A DNA stretch of 60,681 nt, filler included, from Nemertoderma westbladi (Eukaryota; Animalia; Xenacoelomorpha), in the NCBI GenBank assembly GCA_032718475.1. It is 3 parts of 3 records of this genome, joined end to end, with 100 filler letters (N's around TTAATTAATTAA, not from the genome) between each part and the next. Parts side by side here need not be neighbours in the genome. Positions count along the whole stretch, not along the records: positions 41,335 to 60,681 come from JAUCBJ010002275.1; 2 more parts are not named here. One strand, written 5' to 3'. The position numbers and the translations under genes were made by a program. Shown here piece after piece: positions 51,359 to 60,681 of the stretch (positions are counted from its first letter, which is position 1; each line of letters begins with the position of its first letter). Below the pieces are notes generated by a model. The model did not search any database, was not told the DNA's origin, and saw only the letters and a list, made by a program, of their open reading frames with translations.

Positions 51359-51864
51359 ATTTAGAAATAATATTTCTTCCTATACTTAATATTATGTCCA
51401 AGTAATGTACCGATATAAATTAAAATTATATGTGAAAATATGGTTTGTTTAGAAACTATACTCGATAGACCTAGTCATAGACCTTGCCACATTAACACAC
51501 CAAATTAATCATATTCACAGTGTGTTTTCTTATGCGTATTTTTTCAGAAAGCGTCGAACTGCGTTACTGTGTCTATATTAAATCACAACTTTTTTCAGAA
51601 ATGCAAGATGCAAGCTTTCTTCCACAACAATGATTCCAAATCTTGTATCCTATTTACGTAATTTTGGTCAGGATTCCCGAGGTCTTATTAGAAGCTTACT
51701 GGATCTGCAGCACAATAAACCGAAAGGGATGGCCCTTATATACTAGCGACCAACTTCGTTTCGCCTTGCTACTCACTTGATTTCTGTTAGCTGTACTGGC
51801 CTACTGACGTACTACTGCTTAGGCCTATATAAATATTGGAATACTTAAAAGCATCTTATTTACA

Positions 51865-53522
51865 ATGACGCATCCACATAATATTAATGTCGCAAATGAT
51901 GAAAACGATCACAGTATTATTGCTAGTATTATTTCATCAACGGATGACCCTGAAATAAAGAATTGTTTAAGCTGCTGGTCCCAGGAGGAGACAGGAACTG
52001 CAATCACCAAAAAACTTAACAAATGTCCAACCAGCCAACTTCGCAAGACAGCCCTTTACATGGGATGTGAAAGGGCGAATGACAACCTCTATAAGGCGCA
52101 ATTAGTAGTCGAGGTTGTTAAATCAATTGAACGTTTCCTACCTGAGGAATGCGCGAACTGTGGGGCTGACTACTCATGCGAGTTTGGAGAGAAAACCGCT
52201 ATTCAATGTTTTATTTGTCAACGAGGTGTTCACAGTGGTTGTGTCACTGATCCAACACAAACAGAAGAATATAAAGCACTAACATCGGCCCGCGGATTTG
52301 TCTGGGTATGCCTCTATTGCCAACAACGGGCCATAGCTGGCAAAGCAATTATTCGCGATAAAGAAGGCAAATCCATTGCCGGTATTCGTAAGCGTCAAAT
52401 TCTAGGTGCAGTGGCTACGACTGAAGGAGTACCGGTACCGTTGTCGGAACAAATGAGGGTTAAGGAACTGCAAACGAGAAGTCCAACTGTCAATGGGCCA
52501 AGTCAGTTCGAGAGTGATAACTGCATTCTCACCATTACAAACACCACTACTGGTAGAGACATATGGATTCGACCAACCAAACTCAAGTTAGTCGACTACA
52601 AAACCGCTTTGATATACTGGACGGTGAAGATGATGATGTTGTCGATTTAGGTTCTGTACATTATGAAACAGAGGATGAATGGGTAAATCCCAACAGTACT
52701 GTTGGTAGAGAGACGTCACCGGTATCACACAACCACAATAAATCGGAACCTCATTCTACAAACAGCAGCAATGAAAATAGAGCTGTCTGTCGGTTCTTTC
52801 GCAATGGGAACTGCCAGTTTGGCCGATCGGGACGAGGCTGTTCATATCGACATCCAAAACTTTGTCTTAAATTCTTAAACAAAGGAAAATCAAGCCAAGG
52901 TGGCTGCACTAAGGGGACGTCCTGTAGGTACTTTCATCCCACACTGTGCCGCAATTCTGTCAACGAAAAACAATGCCTTAATGGCAAATGTAACTTCTAC
53001 CATATCCATGGCACTCAACGTGTCAAGAGGCTGCAGGAAAATCGCGTGGAAGACAGATATAATATCAGGGAACAAAGTGTTGGGCTACAAGGGAATAACA
53101 TAGTCTCCCGGAGCTACACCAAGTCGAACCTCCCTCCTCATAGAGAAATCGACCAACCAAACACCAATGGTCAAATCCAGCAGCGTAACGTGGAATGCCA
53201 TCGCTATGGTGAAGCTCAGACTTTGCAGACCACGGATCAGAGTTCTTTTTTAGAGAACGCCATGGCGGAAATGCAGAACTCGTTTACTATGCAAATGTCT
53301 CAGATGCAGGATCAAATATTGGGTATGCAGCGCCAGTTCTCTCACAAACTTCAGCAGTTGGTGCAGCTACAGCCCCAGGCAGCTGCATCCCCACCTCAAA
53401 CCCAAACACAATACTATACTCAGCAACCGAGTGTCCACAACACACAACAAATGCAAGGTTTTGCCCAGTCGGGCCAGGTTCATATAGTACCGGTATCCAA
53501 CCCAACCCAAATTATGGTGTGA
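51865..53522 (+). CDS. LINE ORF1: PHD finger, tandem CCCH zinc fingers and Gln-rich tail (frameshift near 52570)
   Basis: CANC...CFICQRGVHSGC...WVCLYC; CRFFRNGNCQFG..GCSYRHP, CLKF...CTKGTSCRYFHP, CRNS...CLNGKCNFYH. Confidence 0.8.
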
Positions 53523-56500
53523 ACCATGGCTCTTACAGTTATGTAAATAATTTTGAGGATACCATTTTTCATAGAGGAATGAGTGCCAATAATAATTTTC
53601 GCACTCATATTAATAACTTTGAATTGAATAATAATGAAGCCAAAATGCAAAACGCTGTTGGTTCTTCCCCTAAGGAAAATATAAATGCAAATTTTACCAA
53701 TTAACATAATATTAAGAGCCAGGGCTACACGAATAATTTCAATTGTGCTCCAAGTAATACTAATCTTACTACCGGTTCTACAAACACTAATATTAGTAGT
53801 AGTAATACTCATACTACTACTAATAGTAGTAACCAAAAAGGGCTCAGTGATGGCAATTTTTCTAGCTACACGAATTTTTATCAAAATAATATTAATCATC
53901 ATTTTATTGTACTAAATATCCAAGGGCTACATTTTCAAGGCCAGCCATCTAAAGTACCACATATTCAAGACTTGGCTAGTTCTTCTCCCCAATTTATTGC
54001 CCTAACCGAAACCCATTTAAATAGTAAGTTTTTGGATGCTGAATTAAAAGTACCAGGCTATACCTTAGTTAGGGCTGACAGGGATTCTAGAGCCAAAGGA
54101 GGTGCCGGTATATATATAAATGATAATATTGTTTTCACAATAATCAAAAAATACTCAAATACTGTTTGTGAATTCTTGGCTGTTCATTTTCAGTGTAGTG
54201 ATACCTTAGTATTTGTAGTATTATCGGCCTCCTTCCTGTGAAATAAAATTATTTAAGGAGTGTTTAAATAGGGTTGAAAATATTATTGAATGCGAAAATT
54301 TCAATAATAGTAGACTCCTAATCTCTGGGGACTTTAATTTTCCCAACATTTCTTGGGACAGGGACACTTTTTCATCTCACTCTCCAATAGCCTCTATAAA
54401 TTATCAGGGCAATGCATTGCTTGGATTAATGTCACGCTGGTTTATGACCCAGGTCGTTGACAAACCAACCCGCTTGAACAGTACCATCGATCTACTTATT
54501 ACCAACGATTTAGACTACATAGACAAAGTAAATGTGTATGGTACCAATTATTCAGACCACAATGTTGTACAAATTTTCACGAGTAAAATAGAAGCAAACA
54601 CAAAACAAAATATAGAACGCAATAACGTACCGGTGCAAGGTTTTAAGAACCTGAACTTTATTTCTGAAAAAACTGATTGGGTATCCATGAAATCAGAAAT
54701 TAAAGAAACAGATTGGTCAGAATTATTTCGAGATAAAACGTTGGACCAAAAAGTTGAAATTTTGTTACAAAATTTAGAATCTATTTGTGAAAGTAACGTC
54801 CCACCGAGAAAACCAAATTCAAAAGCAAAAATTCCCTTAGACAGACGGTCATTATTTAAAAAACGAACAAAGTTGTTGAAAAGAATAATAAATTCAACGT
54901 CAAAAGTGAAAATAGCCAAATTAAATTCCGATTTGACTAAACTCGATTCAGAGTTATATCTATCTCACCAGCATGAATCAAAAAGGAACGAAATTAATGC
55001 CGTTAATAAGATCAAAGTAAATCCGAAATTCTTTTTTTCCTTTGCTAACACGAAACGTAAGGATAAGGTAAATGTTGGTCCTTTTGTTATTAACGGCAAA
55101 ATAGTTTCTAATCCCGTTGATGTTTGTGAAACTTTACACGAACAATACCAATCAGTTTTTTCCAATCCAATTGCAGCTCTTAGGGTCTACTCACCCTCAG
55201 AGTTCTTTAAAGTCGATCAAGATACCAAACTAACTGATGTCCCGATTACATTAGAACTTATTATCATGGCTATTGATAAGCAATGTGCAGCCTCATCGGC
55301 AGGTCCTGATGGTATTCCAGCTCTTCTACTCAAATCATGTAAGAATGAGTTGGCCCATCCCCTCTCTATAATCTATCAGGAATCATTATCATCTGGTATA
55401 TTTCCATCTACTTTTAAATTTGGACATATTACCCCAATATTTAAGAAAGGATCCCGACTGGAGCCAATTAATTATCGACCAGTAAGTCTTACATCCATCC
55501 TCTCAAAGACCCTTGAACGTTTAGTAAGGTGGAGACTAGTAGAATATCTGGAGATAAATAACCTCCTTAATGTGACTCAGCATGGCTTCCGGGCTGGGCG
55601 TTCTTGTCTTTCCCAACTACTAGACCATTACACATACATTCTAGACTTGCTGGCAACGGCTGAAGGAGCCGATGTGATCTACCTTGACTTTGCCAAGGCA
55701 TTTGACAAGGTAGACCACGGCGTCTTACTTCACAAAATTAAAAAACTTGGTATCAGCGGTAGTTTGGGAGTGTGGCTCGCAAACTTCCTAACAAATCGGT
55801 CCCAGAAAGTTGTAATAAACGGTGCCAGTTCCCATCCCCAACCCATCCTTAGCGGGGTTCCACAAGGAACGGTACTTGGACCCCTACTGTTCCTTATTAT
55901 GGTTGGGGACATTAACACTAACACAAACAATAAATTATCATCATTTGCTGACGACACAAGAGTAACTGCTCCATCTCTTAACAATGATGACAATAATCTA
56001 CAAAGAGATTTGAATACAATATATGATTGGGCTGTAAATAACAATATGCATCTGCATGGTGACAAATTTGAGCATCTGCACTACAGCAACAAACCCAAAT
56101 CTCATCCACACAATAGCTACACTTATATAAATTCTACTGGCGACCATTTGATAATAACTTCAGATCATGCAACTAAAGATCTAGGTGTGACCATGAGTGA
56201 TAATGGGCGTTTTTCATTACATATCACAAACATTTGTAAAACCGGATCTCAGTTATGTGGCTGGATACTAAGGACATTTACAACCCGTAATGTAATCCCC
56301 ATGGTTACGCTTTTTAATTCTCTCGTCCGTCCAAGACTCGAATATTGCTGCCAGTTGTGGAACCCAGCTACTGTAGCTGATATCCAAAAAATTGAAAATG
56401 TACAACGGGCCTACACCCGCCGCATATTTGGAATGAAGGACATAAATTATTGGGAACGCTTGAAAATGTTACGGTTATATTCGCTCGAGCGGAGGAGAGA

Positions 56501-56870
56501 AAGGTATATAATAATATATACATGGAAAATTATCGAAAATAGAGTTCCAAATATTTCAGATCTAACCTATAAAATTAAATCTACAAAAAACATCCGCAGA
56601 GGTCGACTTTGTACCATACCTTCCCTTGCAAGTAAGGCTACATGTCGCGTCTCCTCTCTTATAGACAACAGTTTTTGTGTTATTGGACCTAAATTATTTA
56701 ACACCATCCCAAAACATATAAGAGACTTGACAGGCTGCGCACTGGAGACTTTTAAAAAGCATCTTGATGCATATCTTTTCACCGTCCCAGATTGTCCCGG
56801 CTCGCCTGGATACACTGACTCGAGACCTATCCAGTCAAACTCCCTAACTAAGGTACAAGTATTCAAATAA
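53519..56870 (+). CDS. LINE ORF2: Asn-rich leader, APE endonuclease and reverse transcriptase (frameshifts in the 5' part)
   Basis: LNIQGL, ALTETHL, GDFN, SDHN, NYRPVSLTS, QHGFR, YLDFAKAFDKVDH, GVPQGTVLGPLLF, FADDT, RPRLEYCCQLWNP. Confidence 0.92.
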
Positions 56871-57161
56871 ATTAAATGGACTACATGTCTTTCATTACAT
56901 TGTCCATCTAAACAGAAGAATTAGCCAGTTTTTGCACAATTTGTATACAATGTATATTTTTACTATAATGTTTTTTTTTCTCATTATTAGTTATGTGCAT
57001 TTTGTGCCTTATTTGCGTAATTTTTACAACTGTAGGCCCGTACTTAATTATTTGATATACTGCAGTTTTTAGGTTTATGTACTTAATTTGGTGTGCTCTA
57101 CGAGTTCTACCGTGTGAATTTTAAATCACTAAATATATATACAAGAATACAAGAATACACA

Positions 57162-58257
57162 CAGACTATAAGGACTATACATACATACATACTATAAGGA
57201 CTATACATACATACACACTATAAGGACTATACATACATACAGACTGTAAGGACTATACATACATACATACTATAAGGACTATACATACATACAGACTATA
57301 AGGACTATACATACATACATACATACTATAAGGACTATACATACATAAATACAGACTATAAGGACTATACATACATACATACTATAAGGACTATACATAC
57401 ATACATACTATAAGGACTATACATACATACATACTATAAGGACTATAAATACATACATACTATAAGGGCTATACATACATACATACTATAAGGACTATAC
57501 ATACATACATACAGACTATAAGGACTATACATACATACATACATACTATAAGTACTATACATACATACATACGGACTATAAGGACTATACATACATACAT
57601 ACTATAAGGACTATACATACATACATACTATAAGGACTATACATACATACATACTATAAGGACTATACATACATACATACTATAAGGACTATACATACAT
57701 ACATACTATAAGGACTATACATACATACATACTATAAGGACTATACATACATACATACTATAAGGACTATACATACATACATACTATAAGGACTATACAT
57801 ACATACATACTATAAGGACTATACATACATACATACTATAAGGACTATACATACATACAGACTGTAAGGACTCACATACATACATACTATACGGACTATA
57901 CATACATACATACTATAAGGACTATACATACATACAGACTATAAGGACTATAAATACATACAGACTATACTATAACGACTATACATACATACATACTATA
58001 CGGACTATACATACATACATACATACATACTATACGGACTATACATACATACATACATACTATAAGGACTATACATACATACATACTATACGGACTATAC
58101 ATACATACATACTATACGGACTATACATACATACACACTATAAGGACTAAACATACATACATACTATAAGGACTATACATACATACACACTACAAAGACT
58201 ATACATACATACATACTATAAGGATTATACATACATACATACTATAAGGACTATACT
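57162..58257 (+). repeat. ~26-bp satellite ACTATAAGGACTATACATACATACAT with a variable (ACAT)n part
   Basis: Direct periodicity, about 40 units. Confidence 0.95.
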
Positions 58258-58532
58258 GCCGTGCTAAGGCTAAATACCCTATCTCGAAAAATGTCATTTT
58301 GAGAAAATAGCGATTTAGTTTGATCGATTGTCCACGCTAGGAACAATGTTAATATAACTCCGTAATGGTCCCCTATGTAGTAAAAAATGCGCACAATTTT
58401 TATGGCATGTGCCGATAAGTACTTTGGGCACTAGATGGCGCAGAAAATCGAGATAGGGTGTTTTACCAAAACATTTAGGTAATTATTCAGTTAGGGATTT
58501 ACCCTATCTCGTATATAGGGTAAAACGTATAT

Positions 58533-58736
58533 AGGTCAGGTCAGGTATTCTAGGTCATTGATCAAGAAAACTTGCCACCTCCATGCAGCATAAAGGAGGT
58601 GCCACCTGTAGCTGCATAGACCCTCTTACTAGGGCAAATCTGGTCCTGTAACTAGGACCCCATTCGTTCTGGGATAAGGACGCCCTTGGTCCTGGATTAA
58701 GGACCCATATACTTGGCTGCAGGGGTATATGGCCTG
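58533..58736 (-). repeat. ~205-bp hairpin-rich dispersed repeat, copy 2
   Basis: Reverse complement of 19658-19862 with few substitutions. Confidence 0.9.
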
Positions 58737-58839
58737 TGTAAAAGCCTTTGCTGAATTGCCCCGTTATTTTTATTATCTTTTACATTAAAATACTCTGTAG
58801 TTGATTTAATAAGTGTAAGAGACCGTATTATTGCTGTAT

Positions 58840-60681
58840 CTGTGTTTTTAGAGGATCTAAGACCTATTTCCTCCGTATGTGTACTGTGAAAGGCATATTT
58901 TATGATTCTATGGCAATTCGTGACGCAAAAGGGTGATAGCTACTCTTGAACAGTAGTTACTATGACTACGGTTAACAGCTGACATTCATACGTGTTGATT
59001 TCCTTTGTTCTACGGCGTCTCTCAGCTCAGTCAGCCAATGAGAGCGTTTTTGTGGCTCCTTGTACAGAGAATTTCCGAGAAATGACGCAATGCCTAGGTG
59101 CAGTGCTTACATTCAGTCTTGAGCCAAAGAAAGAACGGCTTAGAAGTTTTTTGTGCTGTACTGCTTTTTAGTCGTACACTAGTAGGTTTAATTATAAAGG
59201 GCATATATCCTTTAACGGACTGACTGATGATCATGCAAACGGACTGACGGAACTGCATGCCTATGTGCACTGACATACCGGTGCTGATTTGTTGTTTTAT
59301 ACTGCTATTTGCTGTCAGTTCTTCATAATATGGTTGATGAATTATTATATTTGGAATAACGATAAACAACCCCGAAACCCAATGTTCTTGATATACCGAA
59401 GGTAAGAGAGAAGGGTTACAGATAAACGATTGTGACTTATGTTAAAGTGGTTTGAAGTGAATCTAATGTTATTTGATAGACCCTACATGAGTCAGCCTGT
59501 GTTCCTTTTATATGTGACTAAAATCAGTGAAGATTGGCAGATTAGTGTGCAGTATTGTGCAGCATAGTGTATGAGTGAGTCTGTTAAAGAAGCAATTCCT
59601 AAAGAATGCGCCATATATGTGGATTATAATTAAGCCATATCGTTGCGAGTAGTTTAAGTCATAACTCTGTTTATGTAGATAAAGCGCCACGTCCTAAAGG
59701 AACTGTTAATATTACCGAAGGTGAATAATATTGTCAGAGATTATATAATACTGTCAGTCGAATAATACATTAGGCTTACATAGCAATAAAAATTAAACCG
59801 TCGAACCCAATCTCCCGGGAATTTCCAGCGGGTGAATGGTCGCGCACGGATTGGTTTCGACTAGTGTAGTGAATCAAATACTTGTCATAGACTAAAAAGC
59901 AGATTTATTATCTAGAAGACATTCTAATTTGGTGGGTTAAACTGCCAAAGGTCTGAAAGCGCGAACATTAAAGGATATAGCTTCTTTATTGCAGTAAGCA
60001 ATAAAGTCGAAAGTATCGGTCGACCGGTAACCAGTAGGCCTGACTGCCTGATCATCCGGACCGGTACCTACTTCCGTATAAGTACAGCAGTATTATTCGA
60101 TTTGATTATATATACCAGTAGGCCTTAATAATTAATCAGGGACTGCAGCCCTGGTTTTTTATTGAGATTTTTACTTATTTCTGTCAAGTTTTATTTGTTA
60201 GTAGGCCAGTATTGAACAGAAGGCGTGTTAGCCTGATCAGATTGTACAGACAATTTGTAGGCTGAGCTGTTGTCTGATTGCTGTTAAGTCTGAACGGATT
60301 TCAGTATATGTAGAGCACCTGTCCGATTAAGTACGGTTAGGAAGTTTGGGCAGCCAATGCAGTAAGGTAAACCCCAATTAAAGAATAAGTCGTACTACTG
60401 GGTTAGAACGCATACTCTCTAATCATTTTGGAGTCTGCATGTACTGTGGTTTATTTAGGCTTGAGAGTAGTCTGCCATCGTTTGGTCTGTACTTTGTTTG
60501 TGTAAGTCTGTACAGGTAGCGTATAATTTTATTTGGATAACTTGTAGGCTGGATAGTTGTCTGGCTGTTATTAAGTCTGAACGGATTGCCGCGTGTGTAG
60601 ATCATCTGTCCGATTAAGTACGATTAGGCAGTAGGGGCAGTGAACACTGTAAGGTAAACCCCCAGCTAAAGAATAAGTCGC
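58840..60681 (-). ncRNA. Structured non-coding repeat family, copy B (runs off the window end)
   Basis: Matches copy A over about 58840-59968 and copy C over about 59390-60530; internal 288-bp duplication near the window end. Confidence 0.5.

Larger units (their letters stand above)
51600..57158 (+). mobile_element. Near full-length CR1-group LINE
   Basis: ORF1 and ORF2 (listed next), a 3' UTR and an (ACAAGAAT)2 tail at 57141-57158. The 5' boundary is approximate. Confidence 0.88.

Noticed and set aside
60375-60400. AATAAGTCGTA as the 3' end of a mitochondrial or SSU rRNA (NUMT)
   Set aside because: It is not followed by ACAAGGTA, other rRNA landmarks are missing, and it is part of a tandem unit.

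Overview
AT-rich invertebrate (metazoan) nuclear DNA in three segments, joined by two artificial 100-bp N/TTAATTAATTAA/N linkers (19556-19655, 41235-41334). Most of it is transposable elements: a 7.4-kb TTAA-flanked Kolobok-type DNA transposon with a nested RTE LINE, further RTE, RTE-X and CR1-type LINEs, hAT and THAP remnants, many MITEs, tRNA-derived SINEs, Helentron-like elements, and 16-bp, 26-bp and 34-bp tandem arrays. The only clear host gene is the large first coding exon of the DEAD-box helicase DDX27/DRS1 (minus strand). The most unusual signal is a non-coding repeat present three times (about 25.25-26.45 kb, 38.13-39.23 kb and 58.84-60.68 kb). Its diverged copies keep base-paired stems with compensatory changes, G-U-compatible substitutions and two apparent pseudoknots. 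Two copies lie next to intronless orphan ORFs with ubiquitin-ligase adaptor-like motifs (BC-box plus LRR; weak F-box). All calls were made by eye; no database search was run.
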